From assembly GCF_006345805.1 (NCBI RefSeq), contig NC_043004.1, positions 28,396,001-28,460,000 on the forward strand: DNA of 64,000 nucleotides, given 5' to 3'. The position numbers and the translations under genes are program-made. Under the pieces are notes generated by a model. That model did not search any database and was not told where the DNA came from. It saw nothing but the letters and a program-made list of their open reading frames with translations. Origin of the DNA: Octopus sinensis. Its lineage: Eukaryota. Shown piece after piece: positions 11,849 through 25,733 of this stretch. Position 1 is the stretch's first letter; every line of letters starts with the position of its first letter.

Positions 11849-12254
11849 TTAGATTCACATCGACATTTAAATTTAAATATTGAAGTGAATCTTTTTTTGC
11901 GTGTTTTTAAACGGCTTATAAACACCTTTCACGCTGCAATTATTTTTGCTTCAGCACACTATCTCAGATCATGTCGCTTACTATGCAAGTACATCTCCGT
12001 AATATATATATATAATATGCATATATCTACGTGGGTGTGTCTGTGTCTGTGTTTGTCCTCCTCACCATCATCGCTTGAAAATCGGTGTTGGTGTGTTTAC
12101 GTCCCCATACATTAGTGGTTCGGCAAAGAGACCATGGAATAAGAATTAGGCTTAAAAAGAAGTCCTGGAGTCGAACTGTTCGACTAAAACACCCTGAGGT
12201 GGTGATCCAGCATGGCCGCAGTCAAATGACTGAAACAAGTAAAAGAATGAAAGA
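11597..12254 (+). mobile_element. SINE group B interrupted by (ATAC)n and a fold-back repeat fragment
   Basis: Head at ~11597-11723, tail at ~12020-12254; insert 11851-12000 matches 38336-38445. Confidence 0.8.
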
Positions 12255-12295
<41 letters not shown>

Positions 12296-12669
12296 AGTGT
12301 GTGCGTGTCTGTGCGTGTGCGTGCAATACACGAAGTTGTGTTAATTCATATAGCTAATGTTTCTGCTCTTGGTTATGTATCAATACATTTTCTGGTGATA
12401 CATTAATCACGCTTAGAGCAATGTCAGAATAATGTCGATTTCTTATAGATAGAAGATAGAGGGTAAAGGAATGAAAAAATATGATTTTCGTGAATTCCTC
12501 AAGGACATTATCAACAGGTTAGATGAAAATGTGCTAAAACTGATAATCTAAACCAGCTGATGGATTAGAACCTGCGGGGCTCATAACCAAAATTGGGTTA
12601 AAATTGTTTTATAGAATATTTTTATGTGTATAAGTGAGTATTTTTATGTGTATAAGTGTTATAAGTGTT

Positions 12670-12880
12670 CACTCAGCTGTAGAAATGAGTTGCGACGTCA
12701 CTGGTGCCAAGCTGTATCGACCTTTGTCTTTGCCTTGGATAACACTGGTGGCGTGGAGAGGGGAGGCTGGTATGCATGGGCGACTGCTGGTCTTCCATAA
12801 ACAACCTCGCCCGGACTTGTGTCTAGGAGGGTAACTTTCTAGGTGCAATCCCATGGTCATTCATGACCGAAGGGGGTCTT
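12670..12880 (+). mobile_element. Probable 5'-truncated retroposon (SINE tail)
   Basis: GC-richer 210-bp block bracketed by TATAAGTGTT (12660-12669, 12881-12890). Confidence 0.55.
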
Positions 12881-14143
12881 TATAAGTGTTATTGGAATTC
12901 TCATAACTATTTTAAAATTATCGTGACTGGTTACACTTACAGGGCTACATTTATATTTTTATAATATTCATTTTATTTTAGTCAACCTGTAACGGTCATG
13001 GACACTGCCCTTTCCTCTAGACTCAACGAGTAAAGACAGATAAGAAGTTTTTAAATACACAGTTGTACTTACATGACATCTAATATTGCCTATAGTTTTG
13101 AATCTGATAGGCCGGATTGTTTATTTTACTAAACAACCGAAACAGTAACCTATTGACAAGTGATGTTACGGATAGTGATGTATCAGAGGCAAGATTTTGT
13201 ATCCATATGCCATAGATATTCATCATATGCAATATAATAAATATTGTAACTATTAGCTATTGACGTGACACATCTGTTTTTTCTTGTAAATCTCTCACCA
13301 TTTAGATCTGATACTTAATATAATAGACAGACTTTAGTAATAGTGTCAACATTAATTCTTCATATGTAATATTTTCTTATTGCCATATTTCAGCTTAAGT
13401 GAAAAATAATTACGGCTTGCGATGCGCCATTGCTCACCTAAATACCACGAAAGTAATTAGTTCCAAATATTTCATCGTCGCATTCATTTCACTTAGTTCC
13501 TCATTTGCCGCACTTTTTATGACGTTTTATTATTTTCGCTTCATTTCAACTCTTCGTCTTTATTATAATAGCAGTTATATACCTGTCTCTTTTGTATTAT
13601 TTTTCTAACAGCGCAAATTCTTCCAATTAAGTCCTTTTCAACATCAACGTTGCTGACTTTCTCTAGTTTCGGATGAAGTACATGACCCCCTATTTGTTTT
13701 AGACAAGTGTATTCCATGTAATTTTAGCTACTTGCTCAGTAAACGAGATACATTTCAGGAAGAATGATCATTTTGAAACATTGGTCTATTTGCCATTGAG
13801 TTTTATGTTCTGAAATGCAGAAATTTCATAAAGTTTTACAGTTTTCAGTTGGTAAGCCTCTTATTAATCAGCGTCGCATGATTCTACTACCAAACACATT
13901 GTCAGCTGTATCTAGTTTGTTTGTATGTGTGTGTGTGTGTGTGTACGTGCGTGTGTGTGTATGTGTGTGTATTTGATATATATATATATATATATAATAT
14001 ATTATATATATACATATATATAGGTATGTATATATATGTGTGTGTGTATATATGTATGTATATATATATATGTATGTATACATATATATATATATGTATA
14101 TATATATATGTATATATATATATATGTATATATATACATACAT

Positions 14144-14209
<66 letters not shown>

Positions 14210-14472
14210 AGCTATCTTCATTTTGGGGTTATTTCTTGAAAAGAATGTGGGAAAATTTCAAAGCACATACTGCACACAACAGGTATATGAGGAATAAATT
14301 TAAGTTTTCAATAAGAGTTGAAATACTAATGATGACAATAATGTTGATGATGATGATGATGTCGATACTGAAAATTTGGGTGAGAGTGCTAGGTAATTAT
14401 ATCAACCACAGTATTTCACTGGAACTTATTTCATTGACCCCGAAAAGATGAAAAGCAGAGTTGGCATCGGCG

Positions 14473-14531
<59 letters not shown>

Positions 14532-14559
14532 TGATGATGATGATGATGAGGATGATGAA

Positions 14560-14990
14560 CTACCGCAAATATTCTGCTCAATATCACAAGTTTGCTTGTC
14601 AGTAGTTTGATCTTAACCAGTTGAGCATGTCCTTCAGTGGCTGACAATATGTGTATCGTCGATCACTAGCAGAAGTAGTGAGGGAGCATCAAAGTCATAT
14701 ATTGAGAGGAATTCTTTAAGGTTTGAATAATTCACCTCTGGAAACATGGGTGTTTTGTTCAACATCTTTAAAAAAACCTTATACAGTTACCTTTTGAGCG
14801 GGATGGGATAGTCGACCTGAGGAAAATTCTAACTGGACCTCACCTGCAAGATCAGGTGCTGTTTATCTTGATATGACGTCGCGCATGTTGTCTGGTGTAC
14901 CCTTATCAGACGGGTAGTCATGATGGGTATACTATGCTACGTATATTTTACCCCAGTGTCACTTTGATTGCATGCGCTGCTCTCTCACTC
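14560..14990 (+). mobile_element. Unclassified (AAT)n-associated element, left-truncated copy
   Basis: Aligns to 54684-55241; ends CTCTCTCACTC then (AAT)n. Confidence 0.85.
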
Positions 14991-15027
<37 letters not shown>

Positions 15028-16163
15028 GCTTCAAATTTTGGCACAAGGCCAGCAATTTCAGGATAAAACTAGAACATACTTAAACAATCAAGTGTGAGCT
15101 TTGGAAGAAAAATAAGAGAGATGAATATATCAAGTGAGACAAACCAAAAAAGTATTGATGAAGCCCAAGACTAAAAACAATAACCAAATTAAAACACAAC
15201 CGAACACACGTTGATGTTTGGGACCCCATCCCACCACCACCAACACCACCAAAAAAATGCTCTGTCGTAGTTTCTCATTTGAAATGTTTGTGGTAAGAAA
15301 ACTGCAAGAGAAAGAAGACATCTATGACTCACCGATGAGGAGCCTGTAAATCCAGTACACAAAATCTATTTCCAGCTTTATCTCCGTTGTTATTAGAATA
15401 TCAAGTTTTGTAATATTATGGTTGAATCAAATTGGATTCTTGGAATAAGAATGTAACTGCCTAACATAACTCATGGAAGACAGATGATCGTGAACTCTGG
15501 GACAATAAAGATCTTCGTGATTCGAAAATTTAAGTGGTAAATGGTTGCGTAAATAATGAAGAAAAGAAAACCGCTTCCTTTATAGATGCATGAGTGTGTG
15601 TGTGTGGGGGGGGTATTTTTGTATAAATGTATGTACACACCGACATGATGACCAGTCAAAATAAGCTCTAAAACTCCAGGAATATGAAAGCACTACATAT
15701 AAACACCCATTGTTACATACGCGCTTAAAAACATACGTACATATATACATACATACATACATACATACATACATACATACATACATACATACATACATAC
15801 ACATACATACATACATACATATACATACATACATACATACATACATACATACATACATACATACATACATACATACATACACAGACACTCACACATAAAT
15901 ATATTGCCTTGAAAGTCGATCTATTCGACTACCTAATCAACTTCTCAGTTAAGCATTTATCAGTTTCCAGCGTTAGAGCAATATTTGTAAGGATTAGAAG
16001 TGTGTCAAATTCAACGGTCGGTTCAGTCGATTACATTTTTAGTACACAAATACACTGCATGCTTCGATGGTTTCGTGTGGAACAATTTCGAAGTTGTTCA
16101 GTTGTATAAGGTGGGTTATCAAGTGCGAAGGAAGGTAAAGCATCAATATAATAGCTAATGGTA

Positions 16164-16525
16164 TCTCTATATATAAATGGCAAAACGTCTGTGCGTGTGT
16201 CCTTTATACAAAACCACAATTTTTCAGTTAGAGGGCTCGCACTTTCTATGGTCATTCAAAACTGTCCAAGGGTGGTCGCGCACATCTTTACATTTTCCCT
16301 GTCACCCCGCAAAGCCGTTAAAAAATCAATAGAAGTGACTTTTTTGTGAATTTTCTATCCAAAACCCAATCAAAATGCCCGAAACTTGATACGCCAATTG
16401 AATGCCAGCTAACTGTATGTGTTTGGTCGGAGATTTGGACAGTACTCGTGTGTATGTGCGCACGCACGCAGCTGTATATGCATGCACTAGCATTATGACC
16501 CAGCATTGCCGAGTAATAGTGCTAA
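16164..16525 (+). mobile_element. Non-autonomous Helitron
   Basis: A|TC 5' end (ATCTCTATATATAAA), imperfect 3' hairpin, then CTAA|T (CTAG decayed); homologous to 50660-51005. Confidence 0.8.
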
Positions 16526-16907
16526 TACAGGATAAATACACTTGTACTAATTTCATCGATTGTCAAATTTTACTATCGATTTGAATAAGTGTATTTCAGA
16601 GAATCCTTATGACTGTTAGTACATGAGCCAAGAAACTGAAGAGCAGAGTATCAGAAATAAAGTGTATAGTGTAGCCATTGGAATAAGTTCAATATTGTTA
16701 CAATTCAAATTGATGTTAATTTATTCATTTCGGAACAGTTATTGTGAAGCAGCACTTTGGCGAGATCAAAATCACTATAAAAACTGTAGTGACGTAATAA
16801 TAGTCTAAGCACAATTGTTGGACTTGCAGTTTACATTTTAGTTCAGATGAGGATTCATGACCGTAGATTTCCTATTGGAATTAACCAATATATAATGTTA
16901 CTCTTTT

Positions 16908-17278
16908 TGTTTTACTCTTTTACTTGTTTCAGTCATTAGACTGCAGCCATGCTGGAGCACCGCCTTTAGTTGAGAAAATCGACCCCAGGACTTATTCTTT
17001 GTAAGCCTAGTACTGATTCTATCAGTCTTTATGTCCCCGCTAAGTTACGGGGACGTAAACACACCAGCATCGGTGGGGGGGGACAAACAGACACACAAAC
17101 ACATACATATACATATATACGACGTGCTTCTTTCAGTTTCCGTCTACTAAATCTACTCACAAGGCATTGGTCGGCCCGAGGCTATAGTAGAAAACACTTG
17201 TCCAAGGTGCCACGCAGTGGGACTGAACCCGGATCCACGTGGTTAGTAAGCAAGTTTATTACCACACAGCCACTCCTG
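16908..17278 (-). mobile_element. SINE group B
   Basis: Reverse complement of the group B consensus. Confidence 0.88.
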
Positions 17279-17632
17279 TTATGAATATTAATCAGTAAAA
17301 TAGTGAAAACTTCTTTCACTCTAGTATCTTCTTAAGCGGACAGAAATACTTGATAGCCAACAAATTGACAGAAATGTAATGTTTGTCTTGTTATCAAGAT
17401 TAATTTGCTGCATAGTCTTCCTACTGACATTATCCACGGTCTGTTTCCAGTAATCTTACGATTACTTCACAGCTGCTCGAGTTTCAACATTCAAAACAGA
17501 TTTTAAGTGGAGGAATATTTTAACAGGAAAAACCAGGAAGTAAATAATTAAAAGAGAATTGGCTTTCGCATGATCACTTTTATGTCTACAAATTTCAGGG
17601 AATAACTAGCTGAGACAAAAGTTAGTCACATC

Positions 17633-17634
17633 AC

Positions 17635-17699
<65 letters not shown>

Positions 17700-17996
17700 A
17701 TCTATCTATCTATCTATCTATCTATCTGCCTGTCTATCTATCTGTCTGTCTGTCTGTCTGTCTATCTATATATCTGCCTGTCTGTATACCTGTCTATCTA
17801 CACACCCGTCTGTTTCATTAACTATCTAATTACCTATGTGTATGCTTGACTCTCTCTCTCTCTCTCTCTCACTCTCTATTTATCCATCTATTTATCTATC
17901 TATCTATTATCTTTCTACCTATCTATCTATCTGTCTGTCTGTTATCTACTTGTAATCAAGCTGTCTCTCTAAGTTTATCTGTCTGTCTATCTATCA

Positions 17997-18048
<52 letters not shown>

Positions 18049-18057
18049 GTCTATCTC

Positions 18058-18138
<81 letters not shown>

Positions 18139-18145
18139 TATATAT
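17633..18145. repeat. Compound (TCTA)n/(TCTG)n/(TA)n microsatellite field
   Basis: Directly visible. Confidence 0.95.
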
Positions 18146-18764
18146 TTGTCTGTCCGTCAATCTGCATGTGCCTTTGTCCTCACTGCTACTTATTGTGAAC
18201 CGGTGTCGTGGATTCGTGGATGCACTGCAAACCCCATTATATTTTCCAGCTAATACATTCTCTTTGCATCTATTGATTCCTTGACGATATACAAAAACTA
18301 CTAAAACTCAGAAACCTAATTGCGTTATTTTCTTGGTATCTATTTTAAAATTGTAGCCAAAAAACATTTTCATGTCAAACGAGGAAACACATCGCCATGT
18401 TAACGTTGTTTAGAGCAGTCAATTGTTACACAAAGCCAAAATACTCCTTCTTCTTAAATGAAATTTGTATATTTCTGGATGAAGATTTGGCATTAATAAA
18501 ATAGCGATTCAGGCAGTGTTACATCACTGAAAATTGGGTCCTTGCATTTTCTTGTAACATATGTCCAGCAATAAATAATATTTATTGAATCTAATCTAGA
18601 ATTTCTTTTTGCTGTAATACCATCGTGGTGGGTATTTTTGTTATTTTGTTGCATGAAAATAAAGTATACCAATTAGAAGAATCAACGGAACCAGTTGATC
18701 AATTGAAAAAACTGTAAGCTGGAAATAATTTCTTGATATATTTATTGAGGGAAATTCTTTAAAA

Positions 18765-18995
18765 ATATGTTTCTTTATTACCCACAAGGGGCTAAACATA
18801 GAGGGGACAAACAAGGACAAGCAAAAGGATTAAGTCGATTACATCGACCCCAGTGCGTAACTGGTACTTAATTTGTCGACCCCGAAAGGATGAAAGGCAA
18901 AGTCGACCTCGGCGGAATTTGAACTCAGAACGTAAAGGCAGACGAAATACGGCTACGCATTTCGCCCGGCGTGCTAACGGTTCTGCCAGCTCGCC
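18765..18995 (-). mobile_element. SINE group A1
   Basis: Reverse complement of 4298-4530; the tail ends AATAAAGAAACAT on minus. Confidence 0.9.
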
Positions 18996-19501
18996 AGGAG
19001 CTGTGTATACTGTCATTCTTCTTTTTCACGATATTCAAGCTACAAAATATGTCAATGGAGTATCAACTATATGTGATGGACTTTACTTGAAGAAACACTA
19101 AATGCAACAGATATCTCAACAGTATTCTTTAATCTATTAATTAGGACATTAGTGAAAATAGAACATGAGTGTCTCATGAATATTTCATTACAGGAATACT
19201 TCTTTACATTCCACTATTAACATTAATCATTTATCAAATACACATTCCTGTATAATGCACAATTGCAACAAGAAACTAGCAACAAATATGTTAGTATTCA
19301 TTAACTAAAAACTTACACCTGCCAACATATCTCATCATTCGAAAACCTTATACATTGTCTAAGTATCCGCTAGAAGGAAAATTTTCATTTGATAACATTC
19401 CGAACAGAATCATCATCACTTTTTTTTTATTTTTATAAATTCTGTTTCTCTGCACTCCAATGTATTAATTAATCAAAAAGTCATCATAGTTAGATAATGA
19501 T

Positions 19502-19542
<41 letters not shown>

Positions 19543-19599
19543 TGTGAATTTGAAAGAGAGAGATAAATATATTGAGACATAGAGAAAAAGAGTGAGAGT

Positions 19600-19652
<53 letters not shown>

Positions 19653-20322
19653 GTGTGTGTGTGTGTCTATGCATATATTAGATGTCAAACTTGCTGTTGC
19701 AACTGAGTCTTAGGTTACTGAGCAAAAGTGTGTTGAAAGTTGTTTCAGCCATGATCATACCGACTTTTGAGGTCTGTTCCGAATCTTGAAATACATCGTG
19801 GAATGTATCTTACCTTTTTTTTATAAGGTAAGGATGGATTTTAAGGAAGTTTGGTTGTTATTCCAAACAGTTTGAACGACTTCGTAGAGGCTCCAGTCAA
19901 ATATGTAACTATTATAACTTTGTTAGTTCGACGGTTCCTTTTGGCTCCGTCTCTAATACTAAATTGTACTACTTAGCCAAGACATCAAACCTTGTGTGAC
20001 TTCCTGTGAATGAAAGCAGCAGGAATACTGCATGATTAATGAATGCTTTGTCCGATTCCAGTTCCGGGTTCTTGTTTTTGTTTGACTCCAAGAAATATAA
20101 TCCTGAGACTTCAATGCCACCACGATACCTTCATTAAGAGTATCAAACAGTGAAGAAAACCATTTTAACGAAGGAACGGAAGCATTTTATGGAAAATGCA
20201 TTACATACGTATTGCGGCTTTTCGTACTAAGCGTGTTTTGTCTTCTTTTTATAATTCCCTTCACATACAGGTTGTTTTATTGAAATACTAAATCAATCCA
20301 CGTATCGGTACTTTATTATTTA

Positions 20323-20718
20323 GTGGAGGCGCAATGGCCTAGTGGTTAGAGCAACGGACTCGCGGTCATAGGATCGCGGTTTCGATTCCCAGACCGGGCG
20401 TTGTGAGTGTTTATTGAGCGAAAACACTTAAAAAGCTCCACAACGCTCCAGCAGGAGGTGGTGGTGATCCCTGTTGTACTCTTTCACCACAACTTTCTCT
20501 CACTCTCACTCTTACTTCCTGTTTCTGTTGTACCTGTATTTCAAGGGGCCGGCCTTGTCACTGCCTGTGTCACGCTGAATATCCCCGAGAACTACGTTAA
20601 GGGTGCACGTGTCTGTGGAGTGCTCAGCCACTTATACGTTAATTTCACGAGCGGGCTATTCCGTTGATACGGATCAACCGGAACCCTCATCGTCGAAACC
20701 GACGGAGTACTTCCATCC
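20323..20718 (+). mobile_element. SINE group C, full length
   Basis: tRNA-like head with TCG at the anticodon-equivalent position; 13-bp TSD ACTTTATTATTTA (20310-20322, 20719-20731). Confidence 0.92.
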
Positions 20719-22639
20719 ACTTTATTATTTACCTCAGACAAATGGAAGGTAAAGTTTTACCTCAGTGGGATTTGAAATTAGAACTTCATGTGCTATAACT
20801 AAATATGATAAAATGCTCTGTCATTTCTGCCAATGCATTACTTTCTTAAGACATGATATTTATTTCTAGTATTAAGTTAAATCTCCGAAGAATGTCACTA
20901 CCGAGTTTTTACTATCCCCTCTTCCTTCACATAAATAACATGTGTTTTTTGTATACGTTATGAGCATATTTTTTTTACCGAAATAGCTCCCCCCTCCACT
21001 GGTTCTCCGTCATTGTCGTGTTTCAACTATGTAATATTAACGCTTGTAATGCATTTTACAATACGCATGTATATTTATTATCTACAAGTTTATTGCTTCT
21101 TGATTAAAATATGCAATAAAACCGTGGCGGTTGAATAATGTTAATAACTTTATTGATAAATAACGCATTGCAACGGAAGAAATTATTTTGGGAAGTGCTG
21201 ACAGTTTGTTAAATTTAGTGAAATTGAATGGAAAACTATTTCTGACAATTGTGATGTTTTAAAAATTCATGTTAGACAAATTTAAAATGGCTACTTTCAA
21301 TAGAAACTGCGCGGTAATTCTATAATAAAGTAATGTTGTAGAAGAAATATTTGTAAATTTAATTTACGTGTAGTTATCATGAACCGTACAAAATGAAAAA
21401 ATGAAAGAAGAAACGAGAGAAAATACAGTTTCAGTGTAATTTGTTTATCTTTTTCTTCTTTCTTTCTCTCGTTTTTATACATGCATATGTCTACATATAT
21501 AATATACGGAAATATATAAATGCATATGCACATATAGGTGCGTGTATGCATGCGTGAATCTGTGTGTGTACGTGTATGTCTGTGTTGCTTTTATATAAAT
21601 ATTTACGCATTCCTATACCAGTATGTGTATAAATATGTAAATGTATATGTGAATGTCACTGATCAATGCGAATATATCTATATGCAGAAAATGTAAAAGT
21701 GTCAATATGTGTGTGCATGTGTGTGTGCGAATGTGTGTTGTATGTGTACATACGGATATATATAACTATTTGTTTTACACACACACTCTCCGTCACACTG
21801 TTTCGCTGAATCTCTCTTTCTTCCCGTCACTCTTCCCCCCTCTCTCTCTCTCTTTCTCTCTCTATTTCATCTATTTAAAGTTTTTTTACTTAAGAAAATG
21901 AGTATATTATTTAAAAGTCTCTACTACAAAATATTTCAAACAGGGTCATCCTTTTATCAAAGTCAACTTACTTGTTGAAAAACTTTTAAGCAAACTCATG
22001 CGCGTACACGACTGAAAAGTACAAAATCTAGTGTAGATGAATTTGTATATTATCAACATAGGCTACATTACATCTGATTACACAGAGTTCCGCGTCCGGG
22101 AGTATGAACTAATAAATGCAATAAATTTACTGTAATTAAGGTTTTGAATTCTGTTTCGATTTGTTTACATTTTTCTATACGTAGTAATACCTATCGTGAA
22201 TTTATCTTAGCACGACATCAGAGAAACGATCAGCTGTTTGCGACCGCTTGAAGAAGTTTATTTGCAAACGTATGCCCTTAATTGTATCACGTCTTGACAT
22301 CAAGCACTGAATGCTGATAGGAAAATTATCTCTTGAATTTGGCGCTCCACACACTTCCATATGCAATGAATAATATTCCCGAACCTCAAACTATTCTTAT
22401 ATTAAATAAATAATCAGTGAACCAACGACTTATCCTGTAAAATTCTTCAGGTTTCGAAACAAACATTCAATATTACTTTTAACTTCTACAAAATGAATAA
22501 ACTGCTTTCATTCTAAATAATGTTGCAACGAACTGAAAAGATGATAGTGAGCTATAGTGAGGTGAAAAGAATGAAGAGGAGGGGGCAAAACTTCCATATT
22601 CAATATCATAATCTTTTTTTAAAACACTTGGCAAATATA

Positions 22640-23320
22640 TGATCTCGTATTATATTGTAAGAGCAACATTCCCTTTACGTTTGACCAATGATAGGCGCTT
22701 TTTCTGCAAATTTTATGTAATGTTTCCAAATGATATCAATACATCGCATTAACTTTCATTTTGGTTTAACACTTCTTGATAGGCAGCACCCTTCATATCC
22801 TACCAAACAGAAGGCATTGCTCTTAGGGATGCAGTTCGGATCTGGGGATAGATCCGGTAGGTGCCCAAACATTGTCATTTTCATCGTATATAGAGAACCA
22901 ACTTTTCATCATTTCTGAATGTTTTTACCCAGAAAAGGCTCACTGTCAAGTCTCCTCTTTAATGACGAGTTACTTTTGGATTAAGCTGAGGAGTCAGATG
23001 ATGAAGAAAGAACTGACCAAATTTAGAAAGCATTTCTAGTTTATGAAAGATCGGAATACGAGTTGAATTAAATTGTTCGCTTTCGATTTTCCTCGACTAA
23101 GGTTTTAAGAAGCTCCATATCGACAGAACTCGGTTCGTCCAGATCGAAGAGGATCTGTGTGAGAAAAATCATCGCCAAATCATCGCTCGCATGTCTGGAC
23201 TACTAAAGCTTCATTTCCATAAGAAGAACGAATATTTCTTGCCACTTCCATTGCTGAAAAGATACTTTTGAATTCGTACAGAATGTTGTGTTTGATATCG
23301 TTCTGAACTAAACTCATTTT
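22640..23320 (-). pseudogene. Decayed mariner transposase (N-terminal half)
   Basis: Minus strand reads MSLVQNDIKHNILYEFK...ARNIRSSYGNEAL...RSGR...EPFL...DEKLVLY, matching the mariner HTH and first catalytic D (DEKW) motifs. Confidence 0.7.
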
Positions 23321-23657
23321 AAAAGGGTAAAGTCGATGCAAATTTTAAAACTATGCTTTAAAATAACCTGTGAAGAAAGGAAAAAGTATTAGGATGTATT
23401 AATGCCTATTTTCCTGTAACTGTTAAAAAGTACTCACACACACACACACACACACAAACATATGCACACACATTGTGTGTGTATGTTTGCATGTTTGTTT
23501 GTACATTAGAGCATTTATTGTATGTTTATGCATTAAGTTTGTATTAACAGTAGATGTATTTTGTTTGTGCTTATATGTGTGCGTTTGTGGGCGAACATGC
23601 ACACATACACACTCATACATACATATATGCTTGTGTGTGTGTATGTGTGTGTGTGTG

Positions 23658-23729
<72 letters not shown>

Positions 23730-24159
23730 TGAGCGTCTGTCTGTCTGTTAATCTGTTTCTGTGTTTGTACACAAGCTGAATATTCTGAAGAAATATCTTA
23801 CTCGGAAAATTACATGAGTTCTGTATTAAAAAATATCTCATTAGGCAGACTTTCAAATATGTCTATATACACATATTGGCAGATACCTATGCACACATAT
23901 GTTTACAAACACACACATGCATTAGTGAGTGTATATGTGGATATGCGGATATGAATGAATGCCTATGAGTTAATATGATATGCAAATATCACCGCCATAT
24001 ATCTGAAAGCTGTTAATTAGTCACATTTTATTCCAGCAGTAACGAACGACCATTTGGCTTTATGCATTTATCTATCGATTAATTTACTTTAATTTTTCAT
24101 TTATATATTTTACATTCGTTTTAATTACATTGATATAGATAAATATACATATGTATTTA

Positions 24160-24169
24160 CATCTATCTG

Positions 24170-24252
<83 letters not shown>

Positions 24253-24272
24253 GTCTATCTGCCTATTTATCC

Positions 24273-24307
<35 letters not shown>

Positions 24308-24460
24308 CATCTATCTATCTATCTACCTATCTACCTATCTATCTGTCTGTCCGTCTATCTATCTATATATATCTATCTATCTTTCTCTCTCTCTCTCTCT
24401 ATACATACACACGCATACATATATATATATACATGTACATATACATCCATACACACACAT
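24160..24460. repeat. (TATC)n compound microsatellite
   Basis: Directly visible. Confidence 0.95.
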
Positions 24461-25121
24461 ATATATGCATGTATATCAGCATGCGTACATGCATAATGTG
24501 TGTGTTTCTGTGCATGCGTATGGTGTGTGTGTGTGTATGTGCACGCGCGCACGCAAGGACAAAAAGATTGAAGAGAGTGAAAGAGAGAGACAGACAGACA
24601 GATAGTCAGACAGAGAAGCAAACTGAGTAAGCGAGCGAGTGAGTAACGGGGTGTGTGAGTGGGTGAATAATTGGTAAAAAAAAAAAGAAAGCGAGAGAGA
24701 AAATGTATATTAAAAATTAATACATATTTAACTGAAAACAATACTGCTCGAGGGGGAAACATTGTTTACTTTATTGTTATAAGTACATTAAGATTAGGAG
24801 AGGAAGAATAAGAGAAGAAGGGCTGGATGGGAAGTAGGGGGAACGGAGGGGCAACGAGGATATTTATTCATTCAAAAGAGAAATAATAAATAAGAAAAAT
24901 AATTAAGAAATAAATAATTTAACTTAATAAATAAGAAAAAAGTAAATTGAATAAAGGAATAAATGAAAAATTAAATGGCGCGCCATACGATATTACATAT
25001 ATGTATGTAATATATGTATATATATGTATATATACACACATATAAATATATATGTAATATATGTATATATGTATATATACACACATATAAATGCGTGGTT
25101 GTATGGTTGAATGTATGAGCA

Positions 25122-25154
<33 letters not shown>

Positions 25155-25696
25155 TGAGAGAGAGAGAGAGAGAAAGGGAGAGATACATACATACATAAAT
25201 ACATACATGCATACATGTATATATACATATACATATATGCACACGTGTGTCGGATATAGGGAGAGGAAAACAAGCAGACAGACTGACAGACAGACAGACA
25301 GACAGACCGAGACACAGACGGAATATGAGAAAAAGGCATGTATGGGAGATGAGAACGGTAAGTGGTGGCAGTTAGGTGCGTAGCAAATGAAAGGGAATAG
25401 AAAGACAGAGCAAATTAAATAGAAAATGAAGTCAATAATTACAGAATAATTTATTGGAATGCTGCAAATTCAATGACAGTGGGAGTGGTGGAGGTGATAG
25501 AGACAGGCTTGATTGTCATAGAGATGGCGGTGATAGATATGGTTTTGATGATAGTGTTGGTGATGATGTTTGCCTCCTTATTTGTATACACACAGATATG
25601 AACTCATACATACTCAAATATGAAGAGACATACGCACACCATTAGGTTTCTTCAGATAAATTTGCTTCAATGTCTATTTGATACTTATTTATATAC

Positions 25697-25733
<37 letters not shown>

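Noticed and set aside
20323-20400. tRNA-Arg-like sequences here and at 8215-8288, 8790-8860 and 36695-36768
   Set aside because: They run on into SINE bodies with TSDs and lack a proper acceptor stem, so they are SINE heads rather than tRNA genes.
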